Positions 41,988 through 51,588 of a DNA stretch of 52,191 bases are shown in pieces. The translations under genes and the position numbers were made by a program. Source of the stretch: an uncultured Chryseobacterium sp. (GTDB lineage: Bacteria; Bacteroidota; Bacteroidia; Flavobacteriales_F; PHOS-HE28); the NCBI GenBank assembly GCA_964418285.1, contig CAYQMC010000001.1:1-52191 (forward strand). Reading direction: 5' to 3'. The notes under the pieces are model-generated. The model did no database searches, was not told where the DNA came from, and worked only from the letters and a program-made list of their open reading frames with translations. Every line of letters begins with the position of its first letter. Positions within the stretch are counted from its first letter, which is position 1.

Positions 41988-44855
41988 ATGGCCGACCACG
42001 ACACCGATCCAGCTACAGCCCTGCCTCCAGGGCCCGATGCCGATAAGCGCCTCTTCCTGCTCGATGCCTACGCCCTGATCTACCGGGCCTACTTCAGCTT
42101 CATCAAGGCTCCGCGCATCAACAGCCAACGCCTCAACACCAGTGCGTCCTTCGGTTTCACCCTGACCTTGCTTGACTTGATCAAGCGCGAGAAGCCCACC
42201 CACATCGCGGTGGTGTTCGATACCGCCGCGCCCACCGACAGGCACATCGAGCACGTGGAGTACAAGGCGAACAGGGAGGAGATGCCCGATGACATCCGCA
42301 ACAACATCCCCTACATCCGCCGCATCATCGAAGCGTTCAATATCCCGGTCATCGAGAGCGATGGCTATGAAGCGGACGACGTGATCGGGACGTTGGCCAA
42401 GAAGGCCGAGCAGGAGGGCTACACCACCTACATGGTAACGCCCGACAAGGATTTCGGGCAGCTGGTGACCGACAAGGTCCTGATGTATAAACCGGGTCGC
42501 GCAGGCTCGCCACCCGAAGTGCTCGGCCCCAAAGAGATCTGCGCGCGCTGGGGGCTCCAGAATACCGATCAGGTCAGGGATATCCTGGGCTTGATGGGTG
42601 ACGCGGTGGACAACATACCCGGGATCCCGGGCGTAGGGGAGAAGACCGCCATGAAACTGGTGCAGGAATACGGCAGCCTGGAAGCTGCCATTGCCAGCGC
42701 CGGGGGGATCAAGGGCAAGCTGGGCGAGCGCCTCTTGGAGCACCAGGAGCAAGGCAGACTTTCCAAGAAATTGGCCACCATCCTGATCGATGCGCCGGTG
42801 GAGATCGATCACACGGCCTTGCATCTGGACCCACCTGACAAGGACAAGGTGCTGGAGGTGTTCAGCGAACTGGAGTTCCGCAACCTGCTGAAGACCGTGC
42901 TGGGCGAAGAGGCCCAGCCCAATACGCCCGCCACAGCACCCAGGCGCAGGGCAAAAGGCAACGAGGACCAGATGGACATGTTCTCCGGAGGTGATGCTTC
43001 CGACACCGGTGATGCCGCACCCATGACCACCAGCCTGGCCACGCTGGAGACCACCGAGCACGAGTACCGCATCGCCGCTACGCAGGAAGAGCAGGAAGCC
43101 TTGGCCAAAGAACTCGCAGCCCAGGAGCGTTTCTGCTTCGACACCGAGACCACCAGTGTGGACGAGCGCCGCGCGGAGCTTGTTGGCCTGGCCTTCAGCT
43201 GGAAGACCCACGCGGGCTGGTATGTTCCGGTGCCTGCCGACCGTGCCGAAGCCGATGCCGTGGTGGCGCGTTTCAAGGCCGTGCTGGAGGACGAGCGGAT
43301 CGTGAAGGTGGGGCAGAACATCAAGTACGACCTGGTGGTGCTGGAGAGCTACGGCGTGAAGCTGGCCGGACCACAGTTCGACACCATGCTGGCCCACTAC
43401 CTGCTGCAGCCCGAGTTGCGCCATGGCATGGACTTCATGGCCGAGACCGTTTTGGGTTATCGCCCCGTTAGCATCACCGCATTGATCGGTCCGAAGGGTA
43501 AGAACCAGCGGAGCATGCGCGATGTGCCCATGGAGCAGGTGGCCGAGTACGCCGTGGAAGATGCCGACATCACCTGGCAGCTCTACGAGGCCTTTGCGCC
43601 GAAGCTGAAGGAGGACGGCTTGGAGACGCTTTTCGCCGACTTGGAAATGCCCTTGGTGCGGGTGCTGGCCGACATGGAGATGGAAGGGATCCGCTTGGAC
43701 GTTGATGCTTTGAAAGCCTTCAGCGAAGAGCTGGGTGCCGACATCCTTCGCTTGCAGGATGAGATCCGCGCGGCCTGCGGCGGCGTCGCCTTCAACATCG
43801 ATTCCCCCAAGCAGCTTGGTGATGTGCTCTTCGAGACCCTGAAGATCGGGGGCGACAAGCCCAAGCGCACCAAGACCGGCCAATACCAGACCAGCGAGGA
43901 TGTGCTTTCGGAACTGGCCCAGGCGCACCCCGTTGTGCCCTTGATCCTGGACTACCGCAGCCTGCGCAAGCTGAAGGGCACCTATGTGGACACATTGCCC
44001 ACCATGGTGGACCCCCGCACCGGGCGGGTACACACCAACTACCGCCAGGCCGTGGCCGCCACCGGTCGCCTCAGCAGCGATGACCCGAACCTCCAGAACA
44101 TCCCCATCCGCACGGAGAAGGGGAGGGAGATCCGCAAGGCCTTCGTGCCACGCGATGCCGACCACTTGCTGCTCAGCGCCGACTACAGCCAGATCGAACT
44201 GCGCGTGATCGCGCACATGAGCGGCGATGCGAACATGCAGGAGGCCTTTCGCAAGGGCCTCGATATCCATGCGGCCACAGCGGCCAAGGTCTTCAACGTG
44301 GACCTTGCCGAGGTGAGCCGCGAACAACGGAGCCGCGCCAAGGCCGTGAACTTCGGCATCGCCTATGGACAGGGCGCCTTCGGCCTGAGCCAGAACCTGG
44401 GCATTCCGCGGGGCGAGGCCAAGCAGATCATCGATGACTACTTCGCCCAGTTCCCTGGTGTGCGCGGCTACATGGACGAGCAGATCGCCTATGCCCGCGA
44501 ACATGGCTACGTGAAGACCATGCTGGGCCGCCGGCGTTACCTGCCGGACATCACCAGCGCCAACCAGACCGTGCGCGCAGCGGCGGAACGGGTGGCCATC
44601 AACGCGCCCATGCAGGGCACGGCGGCCGACATCATCAAGCTGGCCATGGTGCGGATACACCTCCGCATGCAGCAGGAAAAGCTCCGCAGCCGCCTACTGT
44701 TGCAGGTGCATGACGAATTGGTCTTCGATGTGCAACTTGACGAGGCCGATGCCGTACAAAACCTCGTTCGTGAATTGATGGAAGGCGCGTTGAAGCTGGA
44801 AGTCCCCCTTGTTGTTGACATGAACATGGGGAAAAACTGGCTCGAGGCACATTGA
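41988..44855 (+). CDS. polA: DNA polymerase I
   Basis: ATG 41988 gives MADHDTD...KRLFLLDAYALIYRAYF (5'-nuclease domain), a 3'-5' exonuclease-like region (FCFDTETTS), and polymerase motifs (LLSADYSQIELRVIAH, RSRAKAVNFGIAYG, LLLQVHDELVF). Confidence 0.95.
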   Translation: MADHDTDPATALPPGPDADKRLFLLDAYALIYRAYFSFIKAPRINSQRLNTSASFGFTLTLLDLIKREKPTHIAVVFDTAAPTDRHIEHVEYKANREEMPDDIRNNIPYIRRIIEAFNIPVIESDGYEADDVIGTLAKKAEQEGYTTYMVTPDKDFGQLVTDKVLMYKPGRAGSPPEVLGPKEICARWGLQNTDQVRDILGLMGDAVDNIPGIPGVGEKTAMKLVQEYGSLEAAIASAGGIKGKLGERLLEHQEQGRLSKKLATILIDAPVEIDHTALHLDPPDKDKVLEVFSELEFRNLLKTVLGEEAQPNTPATAPRRRAKGNEDQMDMFSGGDASDTGDAAPMTTSLATLETTEHEYRIAATQEEQEALAKELAAQERFCFDTETTSVDERRAELVGLAFSWKTHAGWYVPVPADRAEADAVVARFKAVLEDERIVKVGQNIKYDLVVLESYGVKLAGPQFDTMLAHYLLQPELRHGMDFMAETVLGYRPVSITALIGPKGKNQRSMRDVPMEQVAEYAVEDADITWQLYEAFAPKLKEDGLETLFADLEMPLVRVLADMEMEGIRLDVDALKAFSEELGADILRLQDEIRAACGGVAFNIDSPKQLGDVLFETLKIGGDKPKRTKTGQYQTSEDVLSELAQAHPVVPLILDYRSLRKLKGTYVDTLPTMVDPRTGRVHTNYRQAVAATGRLSSDDPNLQNIPIRTEKGREIRKAFVPRDADHLLLSADYSQIELRVIAHMSGDANMQEAFRKGLDIHAATAAKVFNVDLAEVSREQRSRAKAVNFGIAYGQGAFGLSQNLGIPRGEAKQIIDDYFAQFPGVRGYMDEQIAYAREHGYVKTMLGRRRYLPDITSANQTVRAAAERVAINAPMQGTAADIIKLAMVRIHLRMQQEKLRSRLLLQVHDELVFDVQLDEADAVQNLVRELMEGALKLEVPLVVDMNMGKNWLEAH

Positions 44856-44915
44856 TCCGGCCATCCGTTCAGGGCACCTTTACACGACTCACCCCAAACT
44901 CCCCAGACCACGCCC

Positions 44916-45803
44916 ATGCGCACCTCGAAATGGTCCTTGATCCTCGCCTTCATTCCGCTTTTTGCGGCATGTTCGGGAGGCTCGTCCGAACAGGATGAAC
45001 TCGATACCACCACAACCACGGATCCAGCCCAGGACGCCCGCTTGGAGAAGACCCGGAACATCTTCTACAATGTACCCTCCCCCATGGAGACCGCAGCGCT
45101 GCTGAAGAAAGCCGGTGCACAGTACAATGCGGGGATCCTCAACGATGTGAAGAACGTGGACAACTACACATCGGCGAGCAAACAGGCCCTCAACCTGGGT
45201 GTGTATGGTGCCGACCTGAGCTATGCCAGCGTCTTCAACCAGACCCAGGAGAGCATGTTCTACACTTCATGCTCCAAGAAACTGGCCGACCGCCTTGGTG
45301 TCATCCACGCCTTCAACGACAGCACGTTGGAGGCCATGGAAAGCAACATGAACGACCGCGATGCCTTGCTCGACATCATCAGCGAGACCTACTGGAGCAT
45401 GGATGCGTATCTCAAGGAGAACGAACGCGAGAACATCAGTGTTTTGATGATCGCCGGTGGATGGGTGGAAGGCCTGTATATCGCCACCCAGGTATCCAAA
45501 ACGAACGATGCCCCCGAACTGCGCCAGCGCATCGCCGAGCAGAAACTCTCCCTGGGCGACCTGATCGGTCTGGTGGGTAGTTACGAAGGCGAGGAAGAGA
45601 TCGTGGGCAATGTGAAGGCCGACCTTGAGTCGTTGGCCGCCTTGTTCGCCGATGTGAATGTCGGTGGAGGTGGGGCCACCTTGACCGAAGAGAACGGTGT
45701 TGCCGTGATCGGCGGTGATAGCCCGGCCGCGGCCCTCACCGATGAGCAACTGGAAGCCATTCGCGCGAAGGCCGAAGCCATCCGCACCAACTACATCAAT
45801 TAA
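44916..45803 (+). CDS. Lipoprotein of unknown function (295 aa)
   Basis: MRTSKWSLILAFIPLFAACSGG (lipobox FAAC), normal composition and no recognised domain. Confidence 0.7.
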   Translation: MRTSKWSLILAFIPLFAACSGGSSEQDELDTTTTTDPAQDARLEKTRNIFYNVPSPMETAALLKKAGAQYNAGILNDVKNVDNYTSASKQALNLGVYGADLSYASVFNQTQESMFYTSCSKKLADRLGVIHAFNDSTLEAMESNMNDRDALLDIISETYWSMDAYLKENERENISVLMIAGGWVEGLYIATQVSKTNDAPELRQRIAEQKLSLGDLIGLVGSYEGEEEIVGNVKADLESLAALFADVNVGGGGATLTEENGVAVIGGDSPAAALTDEQLEAIRAKAEAIRTNYIN

Positions 45804-45811
45804 GAGCCACC

Positions 45812-46255
45812 ATGCTGAACAGGAACATTCTGATGAACGCGGCCTTGGTGGGCGCCTTCCTGCTGACCGCATCGGCTGCGCAGGCACAGTGCCGCAGCTT
45901 TGCCAAGAACAAATGTGTGCCTGAATTGGCACCCTACAAGTTCAACGAGTCTTTCAACGGTGCCCAACTAGCACCGGGCGAAGAGGCCGAGGTGAACCTG
46001 ACCTTCTTCTCCGGTCAGGAGTACCGTGTGCTCGTTTGCGCACACCCCATCCTGGGTGAGGTGAACTGGAAGCTGGTGGACAACAACAACAAGATCGTCT
46101 TCGAAAGCCTCGCGGACAAACCCAAGAAGAACTTCGACTTCAAGGCTGCGAGCACCACGCAGATGAAGGTGGTGGTCTGGGTGCCACCGATGAGCGGAAA
46201 GAGCGACATGGTGCACGTGGGTTGCGTGGCCATCATGCTCGGCTTCAAGGAATAG
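45812..46255 (+). CDS. Secreted protein of unknown function (147 aa)
   Basis: Signal MLNRNILMNAALVGAFLLTASAAQAQ. It lies 8 nt after the preceding gene, so it is probably co-transcribed. Confidence 0.65.
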   Translation: MLNRNILMNAALVGAFLLTASAAQAQCRSFAKNKCVPELAPYKFNESFNGAQLAPGEEAEVNLTFFSGQEYRVLVCAHPILGEVNWKLVDNNNKIVFESLADKPKKNFDFKAASTTQMKVVVWVPPMSGKSDMVHVGCVAIMLGFKE

Positions 46256-46307
46256 TAAGACGTGCCCCCTGGCCTGCGGCAACAAAGGACCCAGCGGTAC
46301 ACGTGGA

Positions 46308-46336
46308 AGGTCCCGGTCGAAAGGCCGGGACTTTTC
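46308..46336. terminator. Hairpin terminator between convergent genes
   Basis: GTCCCGG-tcgaaagg-CCGGGAC followed by TTTTC. It sits between the stops at 46255 (+) and 46341 (-). Confidence 0.5.
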
Positions 46337-46340
46337 ATTT

Positions 46341-46796
46341 TCAGCGGATCAGTACCCGGCTTTTGCGTTCCAGGTCCGTGCGCTCCTGGAACCGCAGTTC
46401 ATAGTGGTTCCCGGAATTGGGTGGGGCATCGACCACCAAGGTCGTGCGGCCCATTTCCAGCATGTCCTTGTCCAAGGCGATGGCCGACAGTGTATCGCGC
46501 AGACCCTGGTCGGTGCTCAAGTAGACCACAAGGCGGTTGTCCCTGCCGTGCTCGTCGCTGACCACTTGTGTGCGGCCCAACCGGAGGCCGCGGGCTTGCA
46601 ACCCGGCGCTGAGTTCCACATCGACCTTCCACGTGCGTTCAACGCCTTTGGTGACCCCTTCGATGACCTCCGTGGCCGCGCTCCCAGCGATCTCGCCACC
46701 CTTGTTCAAGGCCTCCTTCGTCTTCTTTTCGGCCCAGTTGCAGCTGCCGGCAAGCAGTGCCACGGCAACAAGCGCGGTGGTCATCCTGGCATTCAT
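46341..46796 (-). CDS. Lipoprotein of unknown function (151 aa)
   Basis: Internal ATG at 46796 gives MNARMTTALVAVALLAGSC (lipobox). Confidence 0.65.
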   Translation of the reverse strand: MNARMTTALVAVALLAGSCNWAEKKTKEALNKGGEIAGSAATEVIEGVTKGVERTWKVDVELSAGLQARGLRLGRTQVVSDEHGRDNRLVVYLSTDQGLRDTLSAIALDKDMLEMGRTTLVVDAPPNSGNHYELRFQERTDLERKSRVLIR

Positions 46797-46846
46797 GCGC
46801 TCGAAGATAGGCTGTTGCACAACGCTTAGTTTCACACCCCGGACCA

Positions 46847-48010
46847 ATGAGCAACGCTACCCGAACCATCCACTTGGCGGACAAACTGCCCCATGTTGGA
46901 ACCACGATCTTCTCGGTCATGAGCCAATTGGCGCATGAGACCGGTGCCATCAACCTGTCGCAAGGCTTCCCTGACTTTCCGCTGGATGGGGAGTTGTTCG
47001 ATCTGGTGGATGCGGCCATGCGTGCAGGCCACAACCAGTACGCACCCATGCCGGGCCTGCCTGCCTTGCGGGAGGCACTTGTGGCCAAGGCGCAACGCCT
47101 GTACGACCATGCCTATGATCCCGCTACCGAAGTGACGGTGACCGCCGGGGCCACACAGGCCCTGTTCACCGCACTGGCAGCATTGGTCCGCCCGGGCGAT
47201 GAGGTCATCATCATCGATCCGGCCTACGACTGTTATGCGCCCACGGTGGAACTCTTCGGTGGGGTGCCCGTCCATGTGCGCTTGAACGATGCCATGGGCT
47301 TCGATGCCGATGCTGTGCAGGCCGCACTTACATCGCGCACCCGTGTCCTTATGATCAACACGCCACACAACCCGGGTGGCGGTATCCTGCGCGATGCCGA
47401 CATGCAACGCATCGCCGCTATGTTGCGCGATACCGATGTGGTGTTGATCAGCGACGAGGTCTACGAACACCTCCTCTTCGACGGGGAACGCCATGCTTCG
47501 GCGATCCGTTATCCGGAGTTGCGCGGTCGGGCATTCGTGGTCTTCTCCTTCGGGAAGGTGTTCCATGCCACAGGCTGGAAGCTGGGGTACGTGTTCGCTC
47601 CCAAGGCGCTCATGGCACTGTTCCGAAAGGTGCATCAGTTCAACGTCTTCAGTGTGAATACGCCCATGCAGCATGCCTTGGCCCAGTACCTCCGTGAGCC
47701 CGGCCATTACGAAGGACTGCCGGCCTTCTTCCAGGCCAAGCGCGATCGTTTCGCACACGGTCTTTCGGGTTCGCGCTTCAAACTGTTGCCTTGCGCGGGG
47801 TCGTATTTCCAGGTGGTGGACTACAGTGCGATCAGTGCGGAGCCGGACCTTGCTTTCGCGGAACGCTTGTGCCGGGAACATGGGGTGGCGGCAATACCCC
47901 TTTCTCCCTTCTACAAGGACCCACCAACCGAACCCCGTTTGTTGCGCTTCTGCTTCGCCAAACAGGATGCTACATTGGACGCGGCCACCGCCCTGCTATG
48001 CAAGATCTAA
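46847..48010 (+). CDS. PLP-dependent class-I aminotransferase (YbdL / glutamine-transaminase-K / kynurenine aminotransferase-like)
   Basis: INLSQGFPDFP, NQYAPMPG, TAGATQALF, INTPHNPGG, SDEVYEHL, and SFGKVFHATGWKLGY (PLP lysine). Confidence 0.9.
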   Translation: MSNATRTIHLADKLPHVGTTIFSVMSQLAHETGAINLSQGFPDFPLDGELFDLVDAAMRAGHNQYAPMPGLPALREALVAKAQRLYDHAYDPATEVTVTAGATQALFTALAALVRPGDEVIIIDPAYDCYAPTVELFGGVPVHVRLNDAMGFDADAVQAALTSRTRVLMINTPHNPGGGILRDADMQRIAAMLRDTDVVLISDEVYEHLLFDGERHASAIRYPELRGRAFVVFSFGKVFHATGWKLGYVFAPKALMALFRKVHQFNVFSVNTPMQHALAQYLREPGHYEGLPAFFQAKRDRFAHGLSGSRFKLLPCAGSYFQVVDYSAISAEPDLAFAERLCREHGVAAIPLSPFYKDPPTEPRLLRFCFAKQDATLDAATALLCKI

Positions 48011-48774
48011 GGACCACCCTTGTGCAGTGCATGCTCCACTGGGAGGATGCGGCCGCCAACCGCCAGCACTTCAGCGAGCGCCTCGCATCGCTGGCCGGCA
48101 CCACGGACCTGGTGGTATTGCCGGAGATGTTCAGTACGGGCTTCACCATGCACGGCGCCGCTGTGGCCGAGACCATGGATGGCCCAACCGTGCAGTGGAT
48201 GCGCGAACAGGCCGCAGCGCTGGATGCCGCCATCTACGGAAGCCTGGTCATCACCTCCGAAAGTGGCATCACCAACCGCGGGCTCTTCGTTTGCCCTGAC
48301 GGGACCGTTACCCACTACGACAAGCGACACCTGTTCCGGATGGCGAACGAGCACGACCACTATGCCGCAGGCAGGGATCGTGTGGTGGTGGAGTGGCGCG
48401 GCTGGCGCATCCTCCTCCAAGTGTGCTACGATCTACGCTTCCCCGTTTTCAGCCGTAACCGTAACGATTACGACCTGGCCCTCTACGTGGCCAACTGGCC
48501 GGAAGCAAGGCGGTACCCGTGGTCGCAGTTGTTGGTGGCCCGGGCCATCGAGAACCTGGCCTATGTGGTGGGCGTGAACCGTGTGGGCATGGACGGCAAG
48601 GGCATCCATTACAGTGGCGACTCCGCCGTGGTGGACTTCAAGGGCGAGCATGTGGTGCAGCTGGAAGCAGGCCGTGAACTGGTGCGAACGCTGCGCCTGC
48701 AAGGCCAGGCCTTGGTGGATTTTCGCACGCGCTTCCCGGCCCACTTGGATGCCGATGCCTTCGACCTGCATTAG
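47998..48774 (+). CDS. Nitrilase-superfamily omega-amidase (YafV-like)
   Basis: Internal ATG at 47998 overlaps the aminotransferase 3' end by 13 nt. The catalytic E-K-C context is LVVLPEMF, HYDKRHLF and ILLQVCYDLRFP. Confidence 0.9.
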   Translation: MQDLRTTLVQCMLHWEDAAANRQHFSERLASLAGTTDLVVLPEMFSTGFTMHGAAVAETMDGPTVQWMREQAAALDAAIYGSLVITSESGITNRGLFVCPDGTVTHYDKRHLFRMANEHDHYAAGRDRVVVEWRGWRILLQVCYDLRFPVFSRNRNDYDLALYVANWPEARRYPWSQLLVARAIENLAYVVGVNRVGMDGKGIHYSGDSAVVDFKGEHVVQLEAGRELVRTLRLQGQALVDFRTRFPAHLDADAFDLH

Positions 48775-50669
48775 TGGGTCACCACCAGCCTGCGCATGGC
48801 GAACAGGCTTCCGCTGCTGATGCGCACCAGGTATGCCCCGGCAGGCAGGTCTCCCACGGGAATGGATTGTCTTACGCCCACTTGCCCAAAGCTGCGTACC
48901 AAGCGACCTTCCAAGGAGAACAGCTCCACGTCCTGTTGCGTGAAATGACCTTCGATCTGGAAGCTTTCGGTGCTGGGGTTGGGGTGGATGCTCCAACTGT
49001 CCGCGAGTTGCTCCGGTACGTTCAATGCGTCCACATCCACGATGTTGATGTCGTCGATGTAGAGATCGTTGCCACCGCCGCTGAAGAACTCGAACTCGAT
49101 CAACACGTTGTCGGTCTGGTAGCTTGGAGGAATATTGCTCACGAGCACTTCGGCCCAGTCCTCGGCACCGGGGACAAAGGTTCCGTTCACGGTGCCATCG
49201 ACCGTGGGTAGTTCCGATCCGGCCAGGGTTCGACGAACGATCCAGGTCCTGCCGCAATCGCGGCTTACACGAACCAGGAGTTGATCCGTGTCGGCGGTAT
49301 CGCGCTGTGCGAAGGCATAGCGGAAACGCAGCACGGGGTTGGGCGTTTGGGTCATGTCCAAACGCGGAGTGGAAACGGTATGGCGCAGTCCTGGTGCATT
49401 GTTCTCCATGCGCATGGAACGCAGACCTGTGGCCGCAGGCCCTTCTGCCACGCCGAAGCAGGTGGCTCCCTCGCATGCTTCAAAAAGTTCGGTATCGGTC
49501 AGGTCGTTCGCGCCCTCGAAGCCTTCCATGTACGGAAGCAACTGGCCAGTGGCCGGAAGTACGCGCATGAAACGCGACTTGGTCACGCTCACTTGGTCGG
49601 TGCCATTGGAGACGTTGAGGGTTACATCGAAGATCCCCGGGGTGCTGTAGCTCAAGGCGGGGTTCTGCTGGGTGGAGTTTTGCCCGCCGCCCAATTCCCA
49701 CGTCCATTCCGTTGCACCATGGTAGGAGCCGTCGAAGAACTGGAGCGGCTCGGTGGTGCAGACGGTCCGGCGTGTTGCGTTGAAGTCCGCTGCGCATAGT
49801 ACGGGCGTGGAACCCAGTCCCGTGGCATTCAGGTTGGCCGCCGTCCAGAGGTTGTTGCGCTGCGCCAGTGGGCTGTTCAAGGCGGCATGCACACGTTGCT
49901 TCTGCCCTTCGGTGAACATGCGTGCGCAATAAGCGTAGTCCATGAAGTTCTGCACGTTGTCCAGTTCCCCATCGCAGGAGATGCCGTTCAGGTTGCAGTT
50001 GCTCCAGCCGATGGTGTTCGGGGTATCGTCCACCTCGTCGCCGATGTCGCAGTTGTCCTGCTGGCCCACAGGGAGGTAATAGAATTCGGGCACGTTATTG
50101 CCGCCCCAGATGTGGTACAGGTCCAGGTAGTGCCCCAACTCGTGGGAGAGTACCACCGAGCGTAGATCGTTGCTTGTGCCGGTGTTTCCGAAGTAGCTGC
50201 CCTGGATCACGATGCCGTCCTTTTCCGGTATGCTGTCCGCTTGGAAGGGCATCAATGCATGGCCGGCCAATCCGGCGGCGTTGCGCACGATGTAGACGTT
50301 GAGGTACTTGTCTCGTGGCCAGTGTATAAGGGTCTTTACATTGTGCGTTCCGGTGCTGGTCATGGCACTGCGGATGCGGTTGATGCCACTGGTGCAGTTG
50401 CCCTCGGGATCGAGTCGTGCCAGCTCGAACTCCACCTCCATGTCCGCCGCGATGGGCTGGAAGTTGGGCACGATATCCACCGTGTCGGGATTTTGTTTCC
50501 GGTAGTTGCGCGTAAGGATCTCGATCCCATTGCGGATCTGCGCAGCGGAGATGTTCTCCGGTCCATCGAAGTGGATAACATGCACCACCACAGGGATGCG
50601 GTAAGGTGATTGTCCGAAAAGGCCGATGGATAGGACGATGGCTAGAAGGGAGGGCAGTGCGCGTTGCAT
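48771..50669 (-). CDS. T9SS-secreted zinc metalloprotease, M43 (pappalysin/cytophagalysin-like), with PKD domain and type-A CTD
   Basis: Signal MQRALPSLLAIVLSIGLFGQ, zinc motif HELGHYLDLYH, and downstream NFMDY. The PKD-like segment is EWTWELGGGQNSTQQNPALSYSTPGIFDVTLNV. The CTD is SIHPNPSTESFQIEG...GAYLVRISSGSLFAMRRLVVTH. Its stop overlaps the convergent yafV-like stop. Confidence 0.85.
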   Translation of the reverse strand: MQRALPSLLAIVLSIGLFGQSPYRIPVVVHVIHFDGPENISAAQIRNGIEILTRNYRKQNPDTVDIVPNFQPIAADMEVEFELARLDPEGNCTSGINRIRSAMTSTGTHNVKTLIHWPRDKYLNVYIVRNAAGLAGHALMPFQADSIPEKDGIVIQGSYFGNTGTSNDLRSVVLSHELGHYLDLYHIWGGNNVPEFYYLPVGQQDNCDIGDEVDDTPNTIGWSNCNLNGISCDGELDNVQNFMDYAYCARMFTEGQKQRVHAALNSPLAQRNNLWTAANLNATGLGSTPVLCAADFNATRRTVCTTEPLQFFDGSYHGATEWTWELGGGQNSTQQNPALSYSTPGIFDVTLNVSNGTDQVSVTKSRFMRVLPATGQLLPYMEGFEGANDLTDTELFEACEGATCFGVAEGPAATGLRSMRMENNAPGLRHTVSTPRLDMTQTPNPVLRFRYAFAQRDTADTDQLLVRVSRDCGRTWIVRRTLAGSELPTVDGTVNGTFVPGAEDWAEVLVSNIPPSYQTDNVLIEFEFFSGGGNDLYIDDINIVDVDALNVPEQLADSWSIHPNPSTESFQIEGHFTQQDVELFSLEGRLVRSFGQVGVRQSIPVGDLPAGAYLVRISSGSLFAMRRLVVTH

Positions 50670-50706
50670 CCCGAAAAATAGGCTGCTTCCAGCGATCGGA
50701 ACAGTT

Positions 50707-50964
50707 CCATGGTGTGGTGGTGATCAGCTGCGGATCGACCTCAAGGGTGTCGAAGATCGTGTGTAAGCCGATACGTATCGGACAGTGGCCGTGGAGATCT
50801 TCGACCTGACCGGCAAGCAGATCGTGACCCGGATGATCCCCACCCAGGGTGATCGTTTGAACACGGTGCTGGACCTGCAGGGTGAGCTCGCCACGGGCAT
50901 GTACCTGGTGAACATCACCGCCGGTGAGAAGCGCTACACCGAGCGTCTGGTGATCGCGAACTAA
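50707..50964 (+). pseudogene. Orphan T9SS type-A C-terminal domain fragment (gene remnant with in-frame stop, no upstream body)
   Basis: My translation of one frame is ...VPWCGGDQLRIDLKGVEDRV*ADTYRTVAVEIFDLTGKQIVTRMIPTQGDRLNTVLDLQGELATGMYLVNITAGEKRYTERLVIAN* (TAA at 50764..50766, final stop at 50962..50964). It has the layout of a T9SS CTD. It sits only ~40 nt from the divergent protease start, with no signal peptide or cargo domain upstream. Confidence 0.55.
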
Positions 50965-50987
50965 GGCGACTACCAGCAAAGAAGCGG

Positions 50988-51037
50988 AAGCCCCGCCCCG
51001 GTCCGATAGCCATCGGACATCGGGGCGGGGCTTTTTC
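50988..51037 (+). terminator. Strong rho-independent terminator (long interrupted GC stem + T-tract)
   Basis: AAGCCCCGCCCCG (50988..51000) pairs with CGGGGCGGGGCTT (51021..51033). An inner hairpin GTCCGAT-agcc-ATCGGAC lies between them, followed by TTTT. Confidence 0.6.
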
Positions 51038-51588
51038 GTTGACAGGCGGGTACCTCGAAGAACCCCGCTCCGGCGGCGATGGAGGCAGGGGCGCTTTCCA
51101 TGTGCACTTGCTCTCGGCCGGCCATATTTCGTTGCCTACCGGCCAGGCAGGCAGGTTGTCTGGCCGAACGCTGATCATGCGTGCCTCCCGATAGGCTTCG
51201 GGACGTTCGAGGTTCTTCGAGGCACCCAAGTGCATATTGCCGAGGTATTTCATCCACTTCGTTCATCGACTTTTATGCCGCTTTGGTGGAAAAAGAACCG
51301 ATGTATTTTTCACGGGTAGCCACTTGTTCGGAAGCTCCAACATGGAGCTAAGATGTCCGCAATACCCTATTGAAAGGCACGATCGGCGGGCAGAGCTGGC
51401 AAGAAACATCCTCTGGCAGAAACGATCCGATAGACCCGATACGAATTCATGACCACTTGACACGCGGAGTCTGACGCATCTACATTGCGCCGATTTCCAA
51501 CGCTTTCCGAGCCTGCCAACATCCCTTTCATGACGCTGGTACCGGGCGGCTCATCCACCGAGCCCTGACCCATCAACACTCAAAACCC

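Noticed and set aside
41799-44660. N-terminal ~950 aa of the 1322-aa minus-strand ORF 40692..44660
   Set aside because: It lies exactly antisense to polA, which has unmistakable polymerase motifs. The translation is R/G/H/A/L/V-rich and motif-free, as expected for a high-GC shadow ORF. A lipoprotein signal peptide at ATG 41798 defines the real start of the minus-strand gene.
50915-51266. Minus-strand ORFs 50915..51253 (112 aa) and 50970..51266 (98 aa)
   Set aside because: They overlap each other, run through the strong terminator hairpin and the CTD fossil, and have Pro/Arg/Gly-rich implausible sequences.
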